Shown here: positions 1 through 11,700 of the stretch, in pieces
Layout: each line of letters starts with the position of its first letter
Position numbering within the stretch: position 1 is the stretch's first letter
Assembly: GCF_964204645.1 (NCBI RefSeq)
Contig: NC_134030.1
Span: forward strand, 20,978,210-21,042,209
Direction: 5' to 3'
DNA length: 64,000 nt
Source: Tubulanus polymorphus
Taxonomy: Eukaryota > Animalia > Nemertea
The notes under the pieces: generated by a model
The model's database searches: none
What the model was told of the DNA's origin: nothing
The model's input: the letters and a program-made list of their open reading frames with translations, nothing else
Position numbers and translations under genes: made by a program

Positions 1-111
1 TTGGCGGTGCTTTTCCTACCGATCAACTCGTCACTGAATCCACTTCTTTACACCATCCTCACTATCGATGTTAAATCCATACAAGCAAAAACTAAAATCA
101 GACGCCGTTAG
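1..111 (+). CDS. 3' end (TM7 and C-tail) of an upstream GRL101-like GPCR paralog; partial
   Basis: Frame 1 reads LAVLFLPINSSLNPLLYTILTIDVKSIQAKTKIRRR* (TAG 109-111); TM7 identical to copies A-E, tail different. Confidence 0.9.
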   Translation: MAVLFLPINSSLNPLLYTILTIDVKSIQAKTKIRRR

Positions 112-159
112 AAGAAATAAAACCGGCTTGTAATGAATTTCTGACTGCGTCATTTTTCG

Positions 160-463
160 GTTCCGTTCGACAGGAGTTACAATATTACATAACAGATTAT
201 GCCAATGGTATAATTATCACGTATAGATAAAGAGGATATCGAATTGAATCTGAAGATGCGCAATGTCAACAGGTTAGCAGAAAACTCTCTTGTTAGAACA
301 TTAATTAACCCACTCCCCAATCCAAAGAGTTTCCAATCTACAGAAGATTCAATCGAATGGGCGTCGAGTTACATATAAAACGATCCACGTACAAGAACGT
401 ACAGGGCTACCAAAAATCTATTAATTTCAACCACGTTAACGTCAATCGTGTACATATGGATTT
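160..463. repeat. 304-bp dispersed direct repeat, copy 1 (copy 2 at 63466-63769)
   Basis: GTTCCGTTCGACAGGAG...TACATATGGATTT is found near-identically, same orientation, at both ends of the window. Confidence 0.95.
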
Positions 464-488
464 CAGCTACTTTTTAATGTATATCAGT

Positions 489-551
489 CAGGAGCGGATC
501 TAGGATTTTCCATGGGGGAGGTGGTCCAATGAGAAAAAGGGCACTTTTTGG
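489..551 (+). mobile_element. Left end of a non-autonomous TIR element (MITE), truncated by the Penelope element
   Basis: CAGGAGCGGATCTAGG (489-504) is the near reverse complement of CCTAGATCCGCCTCTG (63813-63828); followed by a G-tract and AAAAAGGGCACTTT; Penelope coding sequence abuts at ~552. Confidence 0.55.
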
Positions 552-2450
552 AATTATGCGGAGAAAAGCCATTATTTAAATTGGTACTAATATCTGAGTG
601 ACGAGTAATTAGGGCAGACTTGACTATGTGGCGTTTAGTGTAATTGCTGGAAGTATAAATAATTTCGGCTTTATCAAAATTAAAACGATGACCAGTGTTC
701 CAAACGTGATTGGCTACGCCACTAGCCGGTTTTTGATTTATTATATCCTTTTTGTGTTCCGAAATTCGAGTTTTTAAATCACGACCAGTTTCTCCAAAGT
801 AAATTTTATCACAGCCAAAGCAAGGAATTTTGTAAACTCAGGGTAAGCCAATTTTATAAGAGAGTTGGATATATGGTCAAATTCAGCCGAGAGGAAGGTT
901 TCATCGCAGATCCGTAGTGCACGGAGAAAGAGGCCTTGAGCGAGACCAATTTTGATTGATTTGGCAGTAAACGAAAAGAAGTGAAGGTGTTGCCTCGGCG
1001 TTGATAGGTTTACGGTAGACTGAGAAAATCAAATGAGAAAATTTATTGTGAATTAGAACATCTAAAAACGGAATTTGGTCATTTTGTTCCCATTCAAAAG
1101 TGAATTTCAAAGATGGATATTGGGAGTTGATGAAGTCGATAAAAGAGGTAAGATCAAAATTATCAGAAACTAAGCTCAGAATGTCATCAACATATCTAAT
1201 CCAAAAGTTAGGTTTAGAGCCAGCGTACTTAGGGAGAATTTCTGATTCAAAGTGTTCAAGGAAAAGATTAGCCAAAATCGGGGATAATGGGTTACCCATA
1301 GCGAAACCGAAAATTTGTTCATAGAATTTGTCTTGGAATTGGAAATATAATTTGGTAGTACAGAGTTCCAAAAGTTCAAGTAAACATTCTACAGGAATTG
1401 GGAGATCAAGATTGGAGTCCGGGAGTTTTCTTCTTAAGAATTTGAGAGTTGGTTCCAATGGTATATTAGTGAACAAGGAAACAGCGTCGAAAAATATAAA
1501 TTTTTGTCCATTAGGTTTGAGATTTTTGAGTTTGTCTAAAAGATCCATATTGTGCCGAATGTGAGAATCAGAAAAAGTACCCAAAGCCGGGGAGAGTACT
1601 TTAGCCAGATATTTGGAGAGCCGATATGATGGAGAATTCATATTAGAAATGATCGGTCTTAAAGGTGAATTGGGTTTATGAATTTTGGGAAGACCATAAG
1701 CATAAGGAAGATTTGGAAGCCGAGAGTTGAATTTGGAGATGAAGTCCGAATGGTCAGGAAATTTCTTAGAGATGTTTTTTAAACCGAAATTAAAAGCTGA
1801 TTGCATCTTTTTCAAAGGGTTGTTTTTTTTATGGATTTGTAGAAATTGGAATCACCGAGAATAGCAAACATTTTAGAATTGTAATTTATCAAATCTTGAA
1901 TAACAATTTTGCCGCCTTTATCAGCCTTGGAGATGCGGATGGTACTGATGGATTTTAGTTCCTGGAGAGCAATCGAAAATCTCCGAGGAAAGAACTGGTA
2001 AGATTGACCTTGAAGGGTATTCCAAATGGTGTCCAAATTCATGAATATAAAATTGTATTGAAAACTAGCCGGAGGAGATCTTTCCATACGTTCAACGAAA
2101 TCCAAAATGTGTTGTTTTTTATGCGGGGGAGAGAAATTTAATCCTAAACCGAGAACTTGAAATTGTGTTTTGGTTAATTTAGCCGAAGATAGATTGACAA
2201 CATTATCAGTAGCGCAAAATTTGGTCCAAGGGCTGTTGTCGATTAATTTATTCAGAATGGAAGAGAAATGCGAATTTTTCTTTAGACGATGTGCTGCGCA
2301 AAGATTCTTGATGCCTGAATGAAGAGAGTGCCAAAGGAAACCATCAGGTATATGGTGTCTGAGAAAACGTTCTGCTTGTCGCATTTTATAGAAATTGGAG
2401 TTGGTAGTTTCTTTTTCAATTGAATTTGGAGAAATTGAACGCGGACGACC
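552..2450 (-). mobile_element. Penelope-like retroelement, decayed (RT + GIY-YIG endonuclease)
   Basis: ORF 1812-2384 (LGLGLNF, KADKG) and ORF 901-1815 (YGLPKIHK, LRPIIS, DAVSLFTNIP, FAMGNPLSP, RYVDD, PFLDV) are Penelope RT in shifted frames. After another frameshift and an internal deletion near 840, 837-552 reads VYKIPCFGCDKIYFGETGRDLKTRISEH...NLNNG (GIY-YIG). 5' boundary approximate. Confidence 0.92.
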
Positions 2451-4067
2451 AACTATCTACTAGCGATACCGGGTGGATCCTCGCCTGCCATACATGGAAT
2501 CCTCAACTGCCAGAGTAGCACCGCGGGTACCCCACTGCATGATATGAGTAACTGATTCCGAAAATGTATATTATTTTTTCTTGTCAAGACGTTACTGAAC
2601 TTCTAAGTCAGTTTTCTTGTGGACGCTCCCCTCCCGCTTATGGTTCTACTGCTCAAATAAGCTATCATTTAAAATAGTTCTTAACTAAATCAAAATATGA
2701 ATATCCCATTTAGAAAAAGTGCCGGTCAGGTCACTTACATACCAAACAGAATATGATTCGAATATTTGTTTTGAAATCGATGTTGATGTTGCATTTTTAC
2801 CTCTGGCATTATCACCGCGAACCATCTCCTATAGTTCTGGTGGCCTTTCGTAAGATTCCTATGATAAACCATTTTACAGTTTCCAGGCGCCATTTTTGTG
2901 GGTACCCGCCGGGTCCGCATTGTTGAATTTTTGACCCTATTTTTCTCTGGTTTAACTATTTTTTTTTTTTAATTTTTCTGGATTTGATTAAGATAGAAAC
3001 AAAATAAAAATATCGATGAACTCGGCTAATAATAAACATTTTTATGATATCGCTCATTTATTAAGTTAATGCAAAAATGTGCGCTGGTGAAGTTCTAAAC
3101 ATTGATATCGTCTTCCCGATAATTCAACTTGAATTACTGCTCATCAAAAATTCAAAATTCTTACAAATTTTAATCTAGATTTTTGAAGCTTTCAGGATCA
3201 ATAGCCATCTATATGTGGTCTTATATACCTTTTACCGTTTTCAATAATCTTTATTAGTTTTTAAGTAATTGCGAGTCAAACTTCCAAAACACGTTTTATA
3301 TCAAGGATCAATACAGTTATTTTGAATTTGAATATATCAATGATTTTGAATTGAATTGACCGGCAACCAGTCACATCCTATATATTCATATATCCTCTTA
3401 AAAAATCATTAATACAATAAATGAAATGTCAAATGAAAGAATTATGAAATGTATCTAAATAGAAAACCGTCAAAATTTAAATTTTCGTTTTTTTGAAACC
3501 CTAATTTTGATGACGTAGTGCACACCGATTTTCACGAGAACCCTTTAAATAACAATGTAATTTCAATGTATAAACGATATTGTAACGGTTCTTACGGCGT
3601 CCAAAAAACGTTAGGGCGGGGGTTTATGTTGTGATCCACAATAGAACTACCCATAATCTATGAATACGACCAGTTACATGGCTTTTAAGATTTAAGAAAT
3701 TCTAGTTCTATAGCCGATCTAACAACGTTACCAGATAATTAACACAACTTTTGAGGTTTAAGCCACGACTGTACAAATGAGCCCAGGAATCAGTCACTGA
3801 AAATACGTCTCCCTCAAGAGCCTCGATTTCCGCACACCCCATATCATATTACCATATCATCCTATTTTCTAAAATGCGTAACTACTGCACATTAAACAAT
3901 ATGAGTAATGTATACGCGCACCTGCTGTAAGCTCATTTGCATCTATAAAACTGACTCTCCTTGTTTAAAATCAGTTACATGTCAAAACTATTGATTCGAA
4001 ATATGTATTTACTAATGTGCTGTCATTTGTAACTGGTTTAGACTTTATTGCTTCTCCACTTCGCCCT

Positions 4068-4207
4068 GGGGCCAGTTGCATAATCATGACTTAGACTTAA
4101 GATCAGTCTAAGACCAACTTAGTTCTATAGCCAATCTAACAAGTTAAGACCAGTCTTAAGATTTGAGACCACTTTTGGACTTAAGTCACGACTGTGCAAC
4201 TGGTCTC
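4068..4207. mobile_element. Short MITE with ~26-bp TIRs; decayed relatives near 3668-3787 and 58105-58461
   Basis: GGGGCCAGTTGCATAATCATGACTTA ... TAAGTCACGACTGTGCAACTGGTCTC are inverted repeats; internal TAGTTCTATAGCCAATCTAACAA recurs near 3703 and, reversed and decayed, near 58165. Confidence 0.75.
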
Positions 4208-4706
4208 AATTACCTCAGGAATATACTGATATAGGGTTCCGTTGTGAAATTCCTAGCTCAGAGAATTGACAAGAAAATTAGTTGTTAGTTAGTTGAGTTT
4301 ATTAACGAACCAACCGAGCTGTTGCGTTAGCTAAAAAAACACATGAGAGCAGATGGCCACGTCAATTGACGCTCAGGAAGGCCATGTTTACTAATGTAGA
4401 GTTTCAAATATGTGCTCAAATCTCCGGAGCATATGTTTCACTTTAAGCTATTTAGCTCATCCTCTATATCTCGATACTACTAACTACACTGTGATTATTA
4501 GAATTTTAACCCGAGTTGGCGTCAAACACTGATCAGAGCGCCATTAAATAACTGATAACTATACAAGAAGACGGTGGCAATTTGTAATCTATTTTATCGC
4601 GCTCTCTGTCAATCCGTCACTATTCAAATTTTACTTGCTGCCGAAGTAAAAGAATTTGATAATTATACGGATGAATGACCAGACGAGCAGGTATGTTTAA
4701 ACGTAA

Positions 4707-4925
4707 GGCTAAACAAAAATGATACCTTGTTTCTCCGCAGCGGCAGGGTCATTTTTGTAAAATATGATAAAATTTATAAACAGTTCATTTCTACAGCGGC
4801 CGGGTCTGTTATGGTTAAATTGATCACGATTTTAAAAAAAGTAATGTATAGGGTAGATAGGCGGCCGGCCGGGTCAACATTTAAGCTCAGCAGAGCGGAG
4901 AAACAAGGTGTCAATTTTTTTGGCC
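4707..4925. mobile_element. 219-bp MITE with ~31-bp TIRs and TAA target-site duplication (PIF/Harbinger- or Zator-type)
   Basis: GGCTAAACAAAAATGATACCTTGTTTCTCCGC ... GCGGAGAAACAAGGTGTCAATTTTTTTGGCC; TAA at 4704-4706 and 4926-4928. Confidence 0.85.
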
Positions 4926-5717
4926 TAATTTGCGTAGTGTAAATAGGTTTTCGACGTCTAACCTGTCTTTAGATCTTACAACTTTAAATAATTTCAGTGG
5001 TGCATATACTTTATATTCAATAATTTTGAAATAACTGCTGTATAATATATATAAAAAAGCCCGAAACCCAATCGAGTAAAACAAATTAAGAATCGTATTC
5101 ATTTTAAAGATGGCTTTCCCGGGGCGGGCAAATAAGTTCATTCTGAGCTTTAAATGATTAAAGGGCCGGACGCGGGTTTTACATAAACACCATATTTCTG
5201 TAGCATCGAGTGGATATGCTAAACTAAGTAAATCCTGAATACTATTACTAAGAAATCTCCTTAATTACCTAGAAATTACAAACCAAAACACCAGGTATAT
5301 AACCGTTTTGAAACACCCTGTATACACGCGCTGTACATGTGCGTTACGAATTAATATTCAGAAACCACCTGAACGCAGAGAAAATAATTCGAGTATTTCT
5401 AAAATATGATTGGACAGAGAAATAACCACGCGTTATGAAACTGAGAATTGCTGCACAGATCGATGGTAATTACTGGGATGTTGATCGTTTGAGTCAGAGC
5501 CAACACTAATGACAGAACGAGTAAAAATATCATATGCGATTTCGACAAAATATCAGCGGTTGAAAATGATTGCTGGATTTTAAAATTGCTGAGTGAAGCA
5601 AATCATGAATTTCACGAGTAAGAAATGTAAAATTCTACCTCATTTATGAATGGAACTTGAAGCTCTGTGGACAACCGATCAGAATTTGAATAGTGAAGGA
5701 ATTTCATTCATGTGCTG

Positions 5718-8700
5718 ATGGATCGACTGAGAGCGCTGTTTATAGCGTCGCTGATCGTCTGGCGAGTTAACATCGCACACGCTGATCCGTCTGACTCCGT
5801 GACGGTCAGTTCGTCTTGTAACAACACTTGGTACCCCGTCGATTCTACGTCCGGTTACATCGTTTCACCGAATTACCCGTCGTTTACGCGCGGTGTTGAA
5901 TGTCGTTGCTTCGTCAACAGCTCTTTACCGGGAACTTTCAACATCGAACTATACTACGACATCGAGCCGTCGATATTCTGTAGTGATAACTACCTTCTCG
6001 TCGGTGAGTCCGATAACAGATTCTGCGGTGATGGAAAACATGAAATCCGCCGTAACGATTCGATCGCGTTGATGTTTAGAAGTAACGTCGATGGTGCGCG
6101 GGGTAGTCGGGTTTATGTCACATATCGCTATGAAAGGAACCGATTGAGAATCAGTCATCGCTGTAATAGTTACAATTTTCGAGTGAATGAATTGAAAACA
6201 TCGACTGGATACAAATTTGCGATGTCACTATATGGCGGATGCCCGATATTTCTAGAATTCAGGGGCCCCCCGGATGGTTTAGCGATGAATTTGACATTAG
6301 TAGATTTTGAGCTGAGATGCTTCGTTTACGATTTATGTGTCACTACTGCAGAATCGAGTTTTCGAATCTATGACGGTTGGAACACCAGCACTGAACCAAT
6401 AGCGATTATGGGTAAACAACGTGGACAGCAGCCGTCATCATTTTATACTAAAACCAACAAAGCCATTATCAGTTTGCTTCGAGGCCATCGAGTTACAACA
6501 CAACTGTCAGTTCAGGTGTATAGAATATCTGATTGGAACGTCTCTAATCCGTTAATTCTAATCTCTAATAACGAGTCTGGAGTGCTCATTCCTGATGACA
6601 ACAGTTTACACGTAATAACTCGATCAAAACTCTTACACTGCTGGTCTATCACAGTGCAGGTGTTACAGTACGTCGTCTTCAACTGGACACGTGATCTCAG
6701 CACAACCGGTGACGTCATCGGTGTATATAAACTAGAAGGGTTACGCGTTGTAGGAACTGATATTTTACTCGGTTACAACTACCTGGAATCATTGAGTGTT
6801 AAAACTGACGGCTTTCTCGTCATACTGTGCGTTTTGATAAAGCCAGGTGTTTTACAATCGAATGTAAAGATTGAATTTGAACCGAAATCTATTTCTATAT
6901 TAGACGTACAAGTCCGCAAACACAGGGTGAGTAAAAATATTTATTTATCTATTTATTTATTTATTTATTTATTTCAGAAATAAATTGCAACAATGTGTAC
7001 AATGTTATTGTTAGTACATAATGTTGTAATATAAAACTGGGGTTTCAGAAAAAGCAAGGCTTGTATAAACTGAAACCCTGAAAAGGAATGTTAAATATAT
7101 AAAATGTAGTAGTTGGCTAATAAACTGCTGTTTCAAGTTAACTGCGATAAATACGAGATTTACGAGAAAATACACTAAATAAATATAAAGCAGCTTAAGA
7201 AAGATCAGCAAAAGAGGACAATCAATTAATAAGTGGATATATAATGGCGTTTCATATTTGATTTGAAAATATTCAAACTTTTACTGGTTTTTATTGCATG
7301 ACTAATTTGATTCCAAAGTTTTGGACCCTTTACTCTCAATGAAAACTTTTTAACATTAGTATGGTAATGACTCAAACGAAGGTTAGTCCTCGATCTGGTA
7401 TGATGATTATGAATTGATGCATTTAACTCAAAAAGATCAGCGAACGTGCGAGGTAGAAGGTTGTGGGAATGACAATACACAAACTGCCCAACAAGAAGAT
7501 TGTTTATATCATGGAGTTTTAAGATCTGAGTGGCTTTAAATAACGGGCCTGTATGTTCTAGGTAGTAACTTTTGGTGATGATTCTTATGACTCTTTTTTG
7601 AAGTTTGAATAACTTACCTAGAGCAGATTCGGAGTTGTTGCCCCAAACAATATTGCAATAAAATAGGTGAGGGTAGATAAGGCTGTAATACAGTTGTCTT
7701 AGTACATTACATGGTAAAAGTTTTGATAATTTGTAGATGATACCAATATTTTTGGCTACCGTCGTTGAGATAATACTTATGTGTTTTTTCCAGTTTAGTT
7801 TTTCATCAATTTGAACGCCTAAGAATTTTGTGTCTTGGACCCTGGAAAGGGGTTTACCATATATAGACAAATTCATTTGAATATTACAAGGCCTTCTATT
7901 AAAAACAATGTAATACGTTTTTTTAAGATTTAACGATAATTTGTTTGCTTTAAACCAATCTACAAGTTTAGATAATTCTGTGTTTATAATGAGTTCAAGA
8001 TGGCTCGGATTTGAGTGGCTTTTGAAAATATTGGAATCATCAGCAAACAACACATACTGGAAAATTGGAGAAGCATTAACGTAATCATTTATGTATAGTA
8101 GAAATAGAATTGGGCCTAAGACAGAACCTTGTGGCACTCCGAGACTAATTGGGCTAAGAGAAGAAGTATGTTTATCAATAACAACTGCCTGTTTTCTGTC
8201 CGACAAGTAACTTTTAAACAACAAAAGAGGTAAGCCTCTGATACCATAGTGATCCAATTTGTTAAATAATATTTCGTGATCTATAGTATCAAAGGCTTTT
8301 GACGAGTCTAGGAATATTCCAACTGTAGTCTCACCTTTATCCATACTTTCCGTAATTTTCTCAGAAATAGTTGCAACTGCTAGGGACGTAGAATAGTGTT
8401 TTCTGAAACCAAACTGATACTCACTGAGAATTCCATATTTGTCTAGAAAACTAGATAAACGAGTAAATATTATTTTTTCTAGAATTTTGCTAAAGCACGT
8501 GAGTAGTGAAATAGGCCTATAATTACTGAAAATATCGTCTTCTCCCGATTTGTACAAAGGTTTTACCCTGGCAATTTTTAAAGCATTAGGAACAACACCC
8601 GTAACCATACTGCGATTAGATACATGAGCTAACGGAACAGAAATCAGATCAATGACTTGTTTGATGACACGTTGGCTTCTGTCATCATGACTACAACTAT

Positions 8701-11700
8701 CTTTGAGTTTGAAAGCTTTGGCTATATTTTGGATTTCGAGACTGCTAGCCGGTAAAAAGAATAAATTTTCGGCAAGAGGATGTCCAAGATAGAAGCTGGG
8801 ATCATGTTGGGAGGGTGGTATGTCGTGAGCAAGTGACCAATATTTGTATAATAGTTGTTAAATCCGTTACTAATATCTGCAGGGCGACTAAGCGTGGTTG
8901 AATTTGTTTTAAAGACTGAGGGGTATGAAGCTCTATTACAAGTGGTAATTATTATTAAGCTAAATTGAATGTAAAATAGCATGCGAGTCAAAACCTTATC
9001 GAAATAACAAATATCAATTTTGAACTAATTTTCATGTAAATCTCAAATGATTGACGAAATACCAAAACTTAAATTGCATCAAAAATGGAAACGAAATTCC
9101 GTGCAGCCACTCCTATCTATTATTTAGATGTCTTTCATCCGATGATGTTTAACAGATAACCATATGATATTATGGGACATAACAAACTTCAAACTGATCA
9201 TTGAAAATTAATTGTTATTTCTTACCATTACAAATTATTGATATTTTAGGTAGACCGTGATAGGTTGCCATCGTTAAACCCAGTTCCTATTTCTAAGAGG
9301 AGGTTTAAGTATAGCGTATTCAAGTATGAATTCGAATGGAAAGTTGAATTCTATGACACCGATCTGGAATTAGCGGTTCTGTCTGTGAATTGTGAAAATG
9401 CTGGATTCTATATATTTGATGGTGGTCATTTCACGGCTAGACGATACGGTCCGTATTGTCCCGGTTTATCGGGTTATCGACGAAGTGTCGTCAGTCTGAT
9501 TACATCAGGCGGTCCGGTGATGATACTAGGCTATTCAATCAACAGTCAAAGCCGGAACAAGGGTCAATTGAGGTCGCGTCTGACTGACTGTGACGGCTAC
9601 GCGTTACGGGAAGGAGAATACAGCGTTACAATGCCGCTGACGTCACGTTGTTTCATGGTTACTCCCGAGAATCGGGGCAATCCATTAAATCATGATATCA
9701 AAATAATATCATCGCATGAATATGAATTAAACACGTGTTTGCCTGATTTCATACGTTCATTTGAGGCGTGTAATTATTATTTTCCTATCAACAGACAGCG
9801 CCTCAATAACAGTCTCGTACTGCACACTGTTACAATAAGGGATCCGCAGTTGTTCATAAGACGCCCGTACATCATTGAATTGATGCGTCTTTGTCAAACA
9901 ACGGACAGACGTAACAGACAGTTTGACGAGTGGGAGCGAGATAAAAGCTACTGTGGAATCTTACAGTCGCCGAACTATCCGGCTTCACCTGGAACTACAG
10001 ATGAAACGATTAGATACGAACTCCAGTTCTTTTGGAATACAGCCCCCATACGGTTTTACAGATTCATTATAAAAGATATGGAAACAACGCCGTGCGTCAA
10101 ACGATCCAGAGGTGCTATGGACACCATATTATTCATCCAGATTATAACCGAGATTAAATACAGAGGCGAGACAATACACGAAATAAAGTTATGTGAAACA
10201 TATGGCACAGTAGGATTACAATTCTATAGTCTAATTAGCAGTTCTATCTTGTTCGAAATAAAAAACAAAATACCGAAATTCCGCATTCAATACATTTTTG
10301 AGAAACAGTTTCTGATGAAACAGCGCGATATCGTCTGTAAATCAGGATTTCTAGATTCGGGAGTTTCATGCGTGAAATACATCAGAGATAGACGTCTGAA
10401 TTGGGAGAACGCTGAAATGTATTGTCAACAGAAATACGGAGGACATCTACTCAGTATCAACTCTGAACATGAAATGATTTCTATTAAAAGATTATTTGCT
10501 AAACAACTTCTTCTAGATGGATATTTACAGAAAACACTAGTAGTGATGATCGGTTTAAAACTACAGGTAACAATAGATAAATGCCGTTCCTAAACAGGAT
10601 AGGTATTATTTTTATTCAATTTGAATCTCGAAGTATTTTTATACTCCTTCTAAAAACAGGAAAGATGATCTGAATTGCAAGTTGAGTCTTAATCAAAATT
10701 GTTTATTTTTTTCTAGCCTAATCTGATAAAAATATTTCAATGAATGAAACTAGATTTCATTTTTAAACAGAATGATGGTTATTACACATGGACAGATGGG
10801 AAACCATTGAGCTACGCAGAGTGGTTTAAACCTGCTATGATAAACGAAACGATACCAGAAGTTATTCAAGGATTGATATCTCCTCTACGAAAACAACCGA
10901 TAAATGACGTCAATATGCCGTGTACGGCGATGATACTGAATAATCCACGAGGATCAGCGAACTGGGTTCGATTCCCGTGTCAAATCGAGGAGATTCACAC
11001 GAGTTTTATGTGTGGATTCGATGAAGTTGATGTTGGAGAAAAACAGGAAAATACAACTAACACCAGCAGCAAAAATGAAACAAATACAATAATGTTTAAG
11101 TTTGATGATATTCAGAGAAACAATTCATTTTGTAGACGAGGTTGGCTTGGTATAGCTGGACAGTGTTATCAGATACTGACAGACTGGACAAACAAAAATG
11201 GTTTGGATATCAGAAGAGCGAGGGAAATGTGTCGTGAAATCCACGGAGAAATAACTCATCACGAATATTACATCGTTAAAAACATAATTGAAACATTGCA
11301 CTATAGATACCAGTATGGCGCTATACTGACCTCTGATAACAGAATTATAAAGCCAATAATCACTAGAGATGACATCACTCATACACATATAGTTAAATGG
11401 ATGATACAACAGTTTGATAATGTCACAGATGTAGCGCATTCCGTGCTATGTTCCTATAATGTAACTGGTGAAGAGTTGGCTTCTATAAGCGGTTGTAAAT
11501 CGTGGCAGTTTAAATGTAACGATCAAAGATGTATCAGTGACCATCGCGTATGTGATACCAGAAACGACTGTCAACACGATGAAGATGAAGTCGATTGTTC
11601 GGGTTCAAACTTACAAAGTCAGTTCCACTGTTCAGATGGACGGGTTATATCAATAAGTGGATTCTGTGATTTCATTAAGGATTGTTTGGATGGTTCTGAT

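Noticed and set aside
2700-3548. DNA transposon ending CCGATTTTCACGAGAACCCTTTAA
   Set aside because: Resembles a TTAA-flanked terminus but no matching other end was found.
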